From Acidimicrobiia bacterium (GTDB lineage Bacteria; Actinomycetota; Acidimicrobiia; Spongiisociales; Spongiisociaceae): a stretch of 64,000 nucleotides of DNA. Shown in pieces: positions 28,501 to 36,929 of this stretch; the first letter of the stretch is position 1; the number at the start of each line of letters is the position of its first letter. The notes under the pieces are model-generated. The model was not told the origin of the DNA. It ran no database searches and saw only the letters and a program-made list of their open reading frames with translations. Position numbers and translations under genes: made by a program. Location: NCBI GenBank assembly GCA_041576165.1, contig JBFGLM010000006.1, forward strand, positions 32,001 to 96,000, read 5' to 3'.

Positions 28501-29798
28501 GGTCCCTCCTGTACGGCGCCGACGCAAAGGTAGCGCCGCGTGCCCTCTCCCACCCAACCGACAAAGGCTCGCCGCACGCCCGGAATCCAGATCACGTCGG
28601 CGCCGGCTGCCACCACCGGCCACGAAGCCGCCACCGAAGCGTCAAGTCCGGCTTCGGCGAAGGCGGCCTTGAGGGCCTTCGTGCCGGAGCGCAGCCGAAT
28701 GATGTCGGATTCGGTGCCCGGCCGCACCTGGACCGTCGTGGGGATCTCGTCGGCATCGAACACCTCCGCCCACGGCGAGAGAGAGAAGTGTGAAGGCGCC
28801 GCATCGGAGATGTGTCCCTCGAACCGCCATGTCGCCCAATCGAGCGTGCCCAGCCAGTCCCACGCGACTCGGCCGGGAACGGGCTGGCGTTCGTTCACGA
28901 TTTCAAGTCGCTGGCCCACCCGGCGCACCGTGAGGCCGGCCGGCACCGCGGCGGCACCACCCTCGCGGGCGATCCGCCGAATCTCCTCCACATCCTGGAA
29001 ACGCAACCCCCGGTCCGCTCCCGCGGCGGCCAGCCCGGCCCGGATGGCCCGTCGGGCCAGCGCCACCGGAAGTGTGTTGAGGACCGGGCAGACGAGGCCC
29101 GATCCGGCCCGGCGGGCCGTTTCGGCGGCCAGATACGCCACATCGTCCTCCACCAGGCGGGCAAACCTCGCCAGCGCGACCGAGGTGCCCGGAGCCACCG
29201 AACCTTCGATGTCCCCGAGCAGTCGCAAACGGATGAAGTTGCGGCGCAACGCCAGGTCCAGGTTGGCCGGGTCGTCCCGGTACGGGAGCGCGATGAGGGC
29301 CGCCAGCTCTCGGAGTTCCTCCCGCCTGATGCCGAGGAGCGGGCGGTGGATCCGGTCCCGCTGGCGGGGCATGCCGGCGAGCCCGCCTAGGCCTGTGCCC
29401 CGCAAGAGATTGCCGAGCACCGTTTCGGCTTGGTCATCGAGGGTGTGGCCCGTCAACAGCATTTCATCGGGTGCCAACGCCGCCGTCAGCGCCTCGTACC
29501 GGGCGTCACGGGCTGCGGCTTCGGGCGACGAACCCTGCCTGGGTTCGACCGACACCACCTCGATCGGCAGGGCGAGGTGGTCGGCTACGGCGCGGGCGGC
29601 GTTCTCCATCCGGTCGCTGATCGGCCAACCGTGGTGGACGTGGAGCGCCCGCCCCGGTCCGCCCCGTAGCTGTGCCAGCCAGGCGAGTACGCCCGAGTCG
29701 GCGCCGCCGCTCAGCGCGATCAACCAGGGAGCAGGGGGCAGCTCGGCTCGGTCTTGGACCGAGTCGGTCAGAGCCTTCAGCCGACTCGACCGAGCCAC
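28497..29798 (-). CDS. tilS: tRNA(Ile)-lysidine synthetase
   Basis: ALSGGADS, GHTLDDQAET, RPLL, DPAN. Confidence 0.95.
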   Translation of the reverse strand: MARSSRLKALTDSVQDRAELPPAPWLIALSGGADSGVLAWLAQLRGGPGRALHVHHGWPISDRMENAARAVADHLALPIEVVSVEPRQGSSPEAAARDARYEALTAALAPDEMLLTGHTLDDQAETVLGNLLRGTGLGGLAGMPRQRDRIHRPLLGIRREELRELAALIALPYRDDPANLDLALRRNFIRLRLLGDIEGSVAPGTSVALARFARLVEDDVAYLAAETARRAGSGLVCPVLNTLPVALARRAIRAGLAAAGADRGLRFQDVEEIRRIAREGGAAAVPAGLTVRRVGQRLEIVNERQPVPGRVAWDWLGTLDWATWRFEGHISDAAPSHFSLSPWAEVFDADEIPTTVQVRPGTESDIIRLRSGTKALKAAFAEAGLDASVAASWPVVAAGADVIWIPGVRRAFVGWVGEGTRRYLCVGAVQEGP

Positions 29799-30817
29799 GT
29801 CTCCGGGTCCTCTATCTCGGCCCGGGTTGGGAGCGAGTCGGGCCCCTCCCACGCGGCGTCGATAGCAGACCAACCGGCCCGCCGCTCGACCGCTTTGACG
29901 AACCGCTCGCCCAATTCGTACTGGCGCAGTTTCATCTCCATCCCTGTGAGGCGCATGAAGGCCGCCATCCGGGGATCCTTGCGGCGACTCTTCAAAAGGC
30001 CGGACATCCGCTTTTGCGTGACCAACGTCCGGGCCCCGATGCGGTCCATGACGACATGGCCATGTCCCTCCAGCAACGACATCAGCGCCTGCACCCGGTC
30101 GATCGACTCGCGTTGCTCCGGGGTAGCGAAGAGACCGAGCAGCCCGGCCTCGCCGACGAGGGGTTCGCCGTCCGATCCGGCCCGGCGGACCTCAGCTATC
30201 AGCCTGGCCAGCCGACCCGGGTCGGGTTTGGCCATGCTCATCAGTTCCTGAATCAAGCCGAGGAAATAGTCCTGCATCCACGGCACACCCACGAACTGAA
30301 GCCGGTGGGTCGATTCATGCAGCGCCAGCCAGAATCGAAACTCGGAGGGCCGGAACTGGTGCTGGCGCTCGAGTGCGAGGATGTTCGGAGCGACGAGGTA
30401 GACCGTGTCACCTGAGCCTGCCGCCGGCAGCACGAGCTCGTACTGGCCGAGGACGCGCCGGGCCAGCACGCCGAGCAGGGCGCCCATCTCGGCCGCGGCG
30501 AACCTCTGGCCGAGTACCGACACCGACCGCCCCGAATCTCCCAGGCGCTCTGCGATCGCTTTCTCAGCCGGAGCCAGCAAGACGCTGAAGAACTCGAGGT
30601 TGCGCTCGACCCACTCCCGGCGACCGATCACCATTACGTCGGGCCGGCCGTCGCCCACCAGACCCGTCTCGTCGACGACCATGGCGGCGGCCCGGTGGAC
30701 CAGATCGGGCGCCTGCTGCGCGAGAGCTTCGAAGTGATACGTGTGCTCGAGTGGGTGTGAGCCCGCGACCCGGGCGGCAATCTTGGCGGCCGAGTCCCAG
30801 CGGATGGTGGAGGTCAC
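29777..30817 (-). CDS. Zinc-dependent metalloprotease, DUF2342/Rv3626c family
   Basis: RVLGQYE, LHESTHRLQF, MSLLEGHG; conserved position upstream of tilS. Confidence 0.9.
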   Translation of the reverse strand: MTSTIRWDSAAKIAARVAGSHPLEHTYHFEALAQQAPDLVHRAAAMVVDETGLVGDGRPDVMVIGRREWVERNLEFFSVLLAPAEKAIAERLGDSGRSVSVLGQRFAAAEMGALLGVLARRVLGQYELVLPAAGSGDTVYLVAPNILALERQHQFRPSEFRFWLALHESTHRLQFVGVPWMQDYFLGLIQELMSMAKPDPGRLARLIAEVRRAGSDGEPLVGEAGLLGLFATPEQRESIDRVQALMSLLEGHGHVVMDRIGARTLVTQKRMSGLLKSRRKDPRMAAFMRLTGMEMKLRQYELGERFVKAVERRAGWSAIDAAWEGPDSLPTRAEIEDPETWLGRVG

Positions 30818-31185
30818 TCCACTACCCGGTACCGAGCCTTCGTGACCTTGACGAAGTACGCAATGATCGTCCCAATGACGGCCAAGCCTCCAAGGACAAG
30901 TGTCATCGGCACCAGGAATCGAAAGGTCCACTCAGGGGTGGCGGCAGCCTCATCTTCCGGCTCGATCGGCACAGCCGGTTCCGGTAGGTCCGCCGGGATG
31001 GACACCTCGGCACCTGCCGGGGCCTCTTCCCCTTCGGCCGGCTGCCCTTCGGTGTCGGCCGGCTGCTCGGTTTCCGCCGTGGCCAACACGATGCCGGGAG
31101 ACGCCATCGCCGGCAGCGACAGCGCCAGCAGCACTGCGACGAGCGAGATGAGGTAGGCAATGCGACGCATCATGGTGGTGGACAT
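30814..31185 (-). CDS. Small membrane protein (signal peptide, acidic linker, C-terminal TM helix)
   Basis: MSTTMMRRIAYLISLVAVLLALSLPAMA...WTFRFLVPMTLVLGG...KARYRVVE; stop overlaps the next start. Confidence 0.7.
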   Translation of the reverse strand: MSTTMMRRIAYLISLVAVLLALSLPAMASPGIVLATAETEQPADTEGQPAEGEEAPAGAEVSIPADLPEPAVPIEPEDEAAATPEWTFRFLVPMTLVLGGLAVIGTIIAYFVKVTKARYRVVE

Positions 31186-31267
31186 GCGTGCACTGTAACT
31201 CACCCGGTTCCCGGCGAGGAAAATTGGAGACGACCGGGCGGCAGCCTGTCGTCGATCGCCCGAGCCG

Positions 31268-31501
31268 CTATTCGGGGTTCCGGAAATAGTCGCGCAGGCG
31301 CTCGATGAATTCGGTGGGAGGCTCGGCGCGCGAGCTTTCCCGGATCTTCTCCCGCAACCGCTGTTCGAATGCGAAACCGTCCGAGCAGTCATGGCATTTG
31401 CGAAGATGGAAACGGACCCGCACCCGTCGGTACCACGTAGCCTCTCCATCCAGGTAGGGATAGACCCGGGCAATGGTTTCGTCGCAGTTACGTTTCCCCA
31501 C
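31268..31501 (-). CDS. rshA: Zinc-binding anti-sigma factor (RshA/RsrA family)
   Basis: C...YPYLDGE...HLRKCHDC (HxxxCxxC); directly after sigH. Confidence 0.88.
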   Translation of the reverse strand: MGKRNCDETIARVYPYLDGEATWYRRVRVRFHLRKCHDCSDGFAFEQRLREKIRESSRAEPPTEFIERLRDYFRNPE

Positions 31502-32087
31502 CGTTGGCCTCTCGTTCTTGTGAGCCGGCGCCAACGAGCCCGCGCTCCTGTGCAAATTCCCACAACGTCTTCTGTAGAGCTTTTCTTCCGCGATGCAGCC
31601 GGGACATGACCGTTCCGATCGGGACGTCGAGAATGTCGGCAATCTCCTTGTACGCGAAGCCTTCGACATCCGCCAGCAACACGGGCATGCGGAAGTGTTC
31701 CGGAAGGGCCTCGACGGCGGAGATCACATCAGCTTCGGCGAACTGCTCGAGCACTTCCGCTTCGGCGCTGCGGCCGGCGTCGGCCGTTTGGGCAGAGCCG
31801 ATCCGCTTGTAGAGGTAGAGGTCTTCGACCTCGCCCAGGTCCACTTCGGTGGGCCGGCGTTGTGCCTTGCGGTAGCGGTTGATGTAGGTGTTGGTGAGGA
31901 TGCGGTAGAGCCACGCTTTGAGGTTGGTGCCTTCTTCGAAGGTGTCGTACGCCCGATAGGCCTTCAAGTAGGTCTCCTGCACGACATCCTCAGCGTCGGC
32001 GGGGTTGCGGGTCATGCGCAGGGCAGCCGAGTACAGCTGCGGGGCGTACTGCATCGCATCCCGCTCGAAATTCGCTTGATCGGCCAC
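31488..32087 (-). CDS. sigH: ECF sigma factor SigH/SigR
   Basis: [54 protein letters not shown]. Confidence 0.93.
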   Translation of the reverse strand: MADQANFERDAMQYAPQLYSAALRMTRNPADAEDVVQETYLKAYRAYDTFEEGTNLKAWLYRILTNTYINRYRKAQRRPTEVDLGEVEDLYLYKRIGSAQTADAGRSAEAEVLEQFAEADVISAVEALPEHFRMPVLLADVEGFAYKEIADILDVPIGTVMSRLHRGRKALQKTLWEFAQERGLVGAGSQEREANGGET

Positions 32088-32238
32088 CGTGAGTCCTCAC
32101 GCCGGGTCAGTGGCAGGCACGATACCTGAGCGGCGGACGGGCGTGGCCATCGGCGGGGGCTCGGTGTACCGGGACAGGAGGCCGAGCGTCGGAGGCCTCA
32201 ACCCGGGCGCGACGCGGGTCGATTACCATGACCGGCAC

Positions 32239-32314
32239 GCCGGAGTAGCTCAGTCGGCAGAGCGGCTCACTCGTAATGAGCAGGTCAGGGGTTCGATTCC
32301 CCTCTCCGGCTCCA
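32239..32314 (+). tRNA. tRNA-Thr (CGT)
   Basis: gccggag...ctccggc acceptor stem, anticodon loop ctCGTaa, GGTTCGATT T-arm, encoded CCA. Confidence 0.97.
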
Positions 32315-32410
32315 GGTATGGAGCCGTCACAGTGCAGAGAGAGGCAGCACCTCCCATTGCGCTCTTCATGACGGGCCGCGGCGAGGTAGGCCGTGTGCGA
32401 CGGGGTGTAT

Positions 32411-32853
32411 CTAGGTGACGGCTTCGTCGCCTGCCACCGCCCAATCGACCGGGAGTCGCCACGGGCCAGCGTCGAGAGCCAGCACCACGCGGTATACGAT
32501 CATTTGGTCAGTCCATGGCAAGGCGGCAGCGCTGCTGAGCATCGACTGCCGCAGCTCTCGTGTCGTGATCGCAGCTCTGGCAACGGAGGCGCGAGACTCA
32601 GACTCGACTTCGGCGGGCACCGGTTCATCGAGTCTCCGGATCGACAGCAGATTCGAAACTCCGTCCAGAATGCGTAGGGTCTCGACAGCCAACTGCGACA
32701 GCTGGGTGCGGAGCACGTTTCGTAGCTCGACACGCAACCTCGCGACTGCGCGGCACGCCCTCCCGCGTAGCCACCGCCGAACAGAGCGAGGACGGCAACC
32801 ACCAGGTCCGCGAGCGACAACGACAAGTCAAGAGAGTTGAGCACTGTGTCCAT
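32411..32853 (-). pseudogene. Frameshifted hypothetical membrane protein remnant
   Basis: MDTVLNSLDLSLSLADLVVAVLALFGGGYAGGRAAQSR continues in another frame as LRVELRNVLRTQLSQLAVETLRILD...; lies downstream of the tRNA 3' end. Confidence 0.45.
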
Positions 32854-33043
32854 CGAACGTTGACGGCGAATCCCGTCGGCTTGTACGTGCCTCAGTCCGG
32901 CTCCGCGCGACGCAGCCGGCACCACCATCCGCAGTCAACGCACTGCCAGCTCGCATCAAGAGCGGCGAACGCGGACGGCGAACGCGGATATCAGCGAGCA
33001 CAGCCGGGGTTGAGCAGGCGGCCCCGAGTTGAGGCCGGCGTGA

Positions 33044-33712
33044 TCAGCTCGTCCCGGGCTCGGTCTTCCGGGGTGACGCCTCGGCCATTTCTGTCAGCTG
33101 CGTCCCTATCCATGTTTGCCAGGCGCCCATGATCGCCGTGAGGGGGTCCTCGTAATCGAGGAAGTCATCGGAATTGATCGGCGCGCCGACGCGAACCCAC
33201 ACTTTGGCCGGGCGCAGTGTGAGTGTGCCGAGCGGCATCGTGTCCTGCGTTCCCCACACGGCGACCGGCACAATCTGAGCGCCCGTGCGCAAGGCGAGCC
33301 AGGCGGCACCCTTGCGCGGCTCCTCCTCCCCCCAAAAAGTGACCCGGCGTCCCTCGGGAAAAACGCCGACGGCGCCGCCCGACTCGAGATGGGCCAGCGC
33401 CGCTCGCATGGCCGACACCGGATAACGCGTGCGCGGCAGCGGGATTGCACCGAGCAATCGAAAGACCCGGTCCATCATCGGAACGTTGCCCCACAGCTCA
33501 TCCAACGCCAGAAAGCGCATCGGTCGCTTCACGCCCAGGCCGACAAAAGGCGGGTCGGGGTGCGCGAAGTGGTTGGGAGCTACCACCAGCGGACCCCGCG
33601 GTATTGGCGCCTCTTTCCGCAGGTCGAGGTTGAACACCAGCGCGCCGACCAGCCGGGCCGGGTACCACAGCAACCGCCAGAGCAGCCGTTTGGCCCACCC
33701 GAACTCAGGCAT
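33044..33712 (-). CDS. Lysophospholipid acyltransferase (PlsC family)
   Basis: NHFAHPD (HX4D), VFPEGRR, IVPVAVWG. Confidence 0.9.
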   Translation of the reverse strand: MPEFGWAKRLLWRLLWYPARLVGALVFNLDLRKEAPIPRGPLVVAPNHFAHPDPPFVGLGVKRPMRFLALDELWGNVPMMDRVFRLLGAIPLPRTRYPVSAMRAALAHLESGGAVGVFPEGRRVTFWGEEEPRKGAAWLALRTGAQIVPVAVWGTQDTMPLGTLTLRPAKVWVRVGAPINSDDFLDYEDPLTAIMGAWQTWIGTQLTEMAEASPRKTEPGTS

Positions 33713-34769
33713 CGGCGCCCAGGGCGGCGAACAGGGAAGCCAGCACGAGGTGTGGCCGCTGATTGGCCTGCAGCGCAGTCACGGCGTCCAGCACTCGCTC
33801 GGCGTTGCGCACAGCAGCCGCCGGAGTAATCCGGACGAGATCGGCCGCCGGGATGTCCTTGTTGCGCACCGGTCCCCCGAACTGAGCGACGGCCGCGTCG
33901 ACGTACCAGGAAGCGAGCATCTCCAGCCCGGAGATGGTCAAGGCCTGACTCGCCCGATGTAAAGCTCGGTCGTGACGCTCTCTCATCGCCCGAGTGAAAT
34001 CGGAGCCGCTCTCGGCGGCCACCGCCACCTCATCCTGCTGCTGGCGTCCAATCCCCGCAAGGAGCGGCTCCGCAGAAGCCAGCATCTCCTCGGCCAGCCG
34101 GAACGACTCTCCGGGCTCTGGTCGCACCCGGGCGGGAACCGACAGCCACGCGTCGCGAAATCGGGTCGATTCCTCTTCGGTGGCAAAGGCGAGGGCCAGT
34201 CCGGGCCGCCCGCCCGAGATGCGGGCAACTTCGCCGGCCCGCGCGTGATCAACGCCCCGGCTGGCCAGGCCGTGCGAGATCACCTCGTCTGGTACCCGCC
34301 CAAAGCGGATGGTGCGGCAGCGGCTGGCAACGGTGGGCGGCAGGTCGTCCTCCGAGTCGGCGATCAACACGAAGATGGTCGACGCGGTCGGCTCTTCCAG
34401 GGTCTTCAGGAGCGCGTTCGCGGCCGCTTCCGACATCGATGAGGCCTCATCGAGCAGGAACACCTTCCTGCCCGATTCCACCGGCGTTCGATTCGCATGC
34501 GAAATGGTGGCGCGGGCCTGGTCGACCCCCATCATCGTCCGGCCCTCCGGTGTCACGATCACGAGGTCCGGGTGGCCGCTGGTCTCGGCCCGCCGTCGGC
34601 TGTTCTCGTCCTCGGTGAGGAGACGGGCCGCGAAGAGTCGGGCGATTGTGGCTTTCCCGAGCCCGGGCGGACCGACGAACAAGTAGGCCTGGGACGGCCG
34701 CTCGAGCTCTCGATCCAGAAGATCGATGACCCGCTCGTGCCCGATGATGCGTCCCTGTACGTCTTTCAC
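33705..34769 (-). CDS. holB: DNA polymerase III subunit delta'
   Basis: AYLFVGPPGLGK, HPDL, AANALLKTLEEP, TVASRC; follows tmk. Confidence 0.93.
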   Translation of the reverse strand: MKDVQGRIIGHERVIDLLDRELERPSQAYLFVGPPGLGKATIARLFAARLLTEDENSRRRAETSGHPDLVIVTPEGRTMMGVDQARATISHANRTPVESGRKVFLLDEASSMSEAAANALLKTLEEPTASTIFVLIADSEDDLPPTVASRCRTIRFGRVPDEVISHGLASRGVDHARAGEVARISGGRPGLALAFATEEESTRFRDAWLSVPARVRPEPGESFRLAEEMLASAEPLLAGIGRQQQDEVAVAAESGSDFTRAMRERHDRALHRASQALTISGLEMLASWYVDAAVAQFGGPVRNKDIPAADLVRITPAAAVRNAERVLDAVTALQANQRPHLVLASLFAALGADA

Positions 34770-35374
34770 GGCCCAACACCCAGTAGTTCGGCGACCCTGG
34801 ATTTCACGGTATCCAGCGGTTGTGACGCATCGACGACGACGACCCGATCGGGCTCGGCCGCGGCGAGGTCGTGAAACGCGGCTGCCACTCTGGCCTGAAA
34901 CTCGACACCTTCGGCTCCGATCCGGTCGGCCACCTGCTGCCGGGCCAGGCCAACCTCAGGGGACACGTCGAGCAGGACCACGAGATCCGGCCACGTGCCC
35001 TCCAGCCCGGCCTCATTGACTGCCCGCACGTCTGCCACGCCCAGGTTGCGGGCGCCGCCTTGGTACGCGAGCGAGGAGTACACGGACCGATCCGAGATCA
35101 CCCACTCGCCCCGGGCGCGGGCCGGACGGACGACCTCGGCCGCCAGTTGCGCCCGGGCGGCGGCCAGCAGCAAGGCCTCGGTCCACGGGTCCAACCGGAA
35201 CTCGTGTGACAGCAAGATCGAACGAATGGCTTCTCCCGCCGGCGTGCCGCCTGGCTCGCGCACCTCCGTCACCGGCGCACCGTTCTCACGCAAACGGCCG
35301 CTCAGAAAGCGCGCAACACTGCTCTTGCCTGTGCCCTCGATACCTTCGAGGGCGACGTATCTCCCGGACATCAA
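34766..35374 (-). CDS. tmk: Thymidylate kinase
   Basis: EGIEGTGKS, REPGG, DRSVYSSLAYQG. Confidence 0.96.
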   Translation of the reverse strand: MMSGRYVALEGIEGTGKSSVARFLSGRLRENGAPVTEVREPGGTPAGEAIRSILLSHEFRLDPWTEALLLAAARAQLAAEVVRPARARGEWVISDRSVYSSLAYQGGARNLGVADVRAVNEAGLEGTWPDLVVLLDVSPEVGLARQQVADRIGAEGVEFQARVAAAFHDLAAAEPDRVVVVDASQPLDTVKSRVAELLGVGP

Positions 35375-36762
35375 TCGTCCACTCGCCGCTTTCCTCGGAT
35401 GGCATTGAACGTGTCCGATGCGTCCTTGATCGAGCGGTACAGCTCCGAGCTGAGTTTCGGCCGGAGGAAGATCGAGCGCATCGACCAGAGAGTACCGAGC
35501 CCCGAAGCCAGGATGATCACTCCGCCCAACACGAGCACGTTGCGGATGCCGTTGTCGAACGGTTCGGGGAACCGGCGGTTCAGCGCCGCAGCCACCGCCA
35601 CCGCCAATGTCACCGAGACCAGGAACGCGGTCCGTACCAGCGTGAACAAGGCTGCGAACGTTCGGCCGCGGAGGGTGTCGTCCACCGTTTCGTGCAGGTG
35701 GGTGAAGCCCATCACATATGCCATTCCGACGGTCACACCGGCCACGAATACCCAGCCGGCTGCGCCCCAGACCGTCGCCGACATTGCAGCGAAGGTGATG
35801 GCCAAACCCGTGAGACTCAGCGAGATTGCGAAGGTCAGATCGCGGCGGGTGAGCCCCGAGGAAAACACGGCCACCGCCAGCATGCCGGCGCCCACGCCCA
35901 GGCCGAGGGCGGTAACCAGGATCCCGAAACCAGAGGCGCCCGCCAGGAGGACGTTACGGCTGAAGGGCTGGCCCAACGCGATGAGAGCGCCGCCGCCAAA
36001 CAGCGCCGTCGCCATCCCCAGCACCACGGTCCGAACCGTGCGGACGCCGCCCACGAACCGGAAGCCCTCCAGCAGGTCTCGCAGCGGTTGTCGTAGGTCC
36101 ATTCCGGTGCGGGGAGCCCGGGTGGTGTCGTTCTTCACCAGCTCCGGCTTGGGGATGGCGATGGTGGCGACGATCACACCCGACAGGACGAAGGTGACGG
36201 AATCCAGCGCGAAGGCGAGGCTTTCGGCTGTGTCGAAAACAAAGAATCCCCCGGTCCGCTCGGTAGCGGTGGCCAGGGCCGCGAACAGCGCCGAGCCGAG
36301 CGGGCCGGTCCCGTAGGCGGCGGCCAGCGACAGGCTGTTGGCCGCCACGAGTTGCTCCGGCGCCACCAGCGTGGGCATGGCGGCCTCCCGCGCCGGCTGG
36401 CGGATGAGAGTCAGCATCTCGAGGACGAAGTTGATGAGCGCCAGCGCCCACAGGCCGATACCCGCCCCACTCGTCTCGGCGATCGGAGCGACGAACAGCA
36501 GGGCCAGGACCAAAACGCCACGACCGAAATCGGAGACCACCATCGTTCGTTTGCGATCCATCCGATCCGCCAGGACCCCTGCCAGGGCCCCGAACAGCAG
36601 GCCGGGGATCAGCCGGCTCACCAGCGGCACCAACACTCCCGAGCTTCCACCGATGGAGTCCGCAAGTGTCAGCGAGGCGAAAAATGTGATCCAATCCCCC
36701 AGGGACGAGATCGCACTCGCCCACCACAGCCGAGCAAATGGCCCGCGCCGTATCAGGTCGAT
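35371..36762 (-). CDS. MFS transporter upstream of tmk; start probably ATC 36762
   Basis: The frame extends 42 codons past the ORF-track start (IDLIRRGPFARLWWASAISSLGDWITFFA...) and is bounded by an in-frame TAG; motif A GVLADRMDRK. Confidence 0.88.
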   Translation of the reverse strand: MDLIRRGPFARLWWASAISSLGDWITFFASLTLADSIGGSSGVLVPLVSRLIPGLLFGALAGVLADRMDRKRTMVVSDFGRGVLVLALLFVAPIAETSGAGIGLWALALINFVLEMLTLIRQPAREAAMPTLVAPEQLVAANSLSLAAAYGTGPLGSALFAALATATERTGGFFVFDTAESLAFALDSVTFVLSGVIVATIAIPKPELVKNDTTRAPRTGMDLRQPLRDLLEGFRFVGGVRTVRTVVLGMATALFGGGALIALGQPFSRNVLLAGASGFGILVTALGLGVGAGMLAVAVFSSGLTRRDLTFAISLSLTGLAITFAAMSATVWGAAGWVFVAGVTVGMAYVMGFTHLHETVDDTLRGRTFAALFTLVRTAFLVSVTLAVAVAAALNRRFPEPFDNGIRNVLVLGGVIILASGLGTLWSMRSIFLRPKLSSELYRSIKDASDTFNAIRGKRRVDD

Positions 36763-36891
36763 GAGGGCTCCCCTTTGCTACTGAACCGCCGGTCTCGTGG
36801 CCGGACGGGTCAGGGTCACTGCAGACTGGGACGATACCAGCGCCGGGCGAGAAAACAGTGATGTTGGCGACGCCTGCGACCGATTGCTGTC

Positions 36892-36918
36892 TTGACATTC
36901 TCCCCAAGCCCTTACTAT
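36892..36918 (+). promoter_or_regulatory. Putative sigma-70 promoter for topA
   Basis: TTGACA-N15-TACTAT upstream of GTG 36930; spacer shorter than canonical. Confidence 0.4.
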
Positions 36919-36929
36919 TTGTTTTTCGC

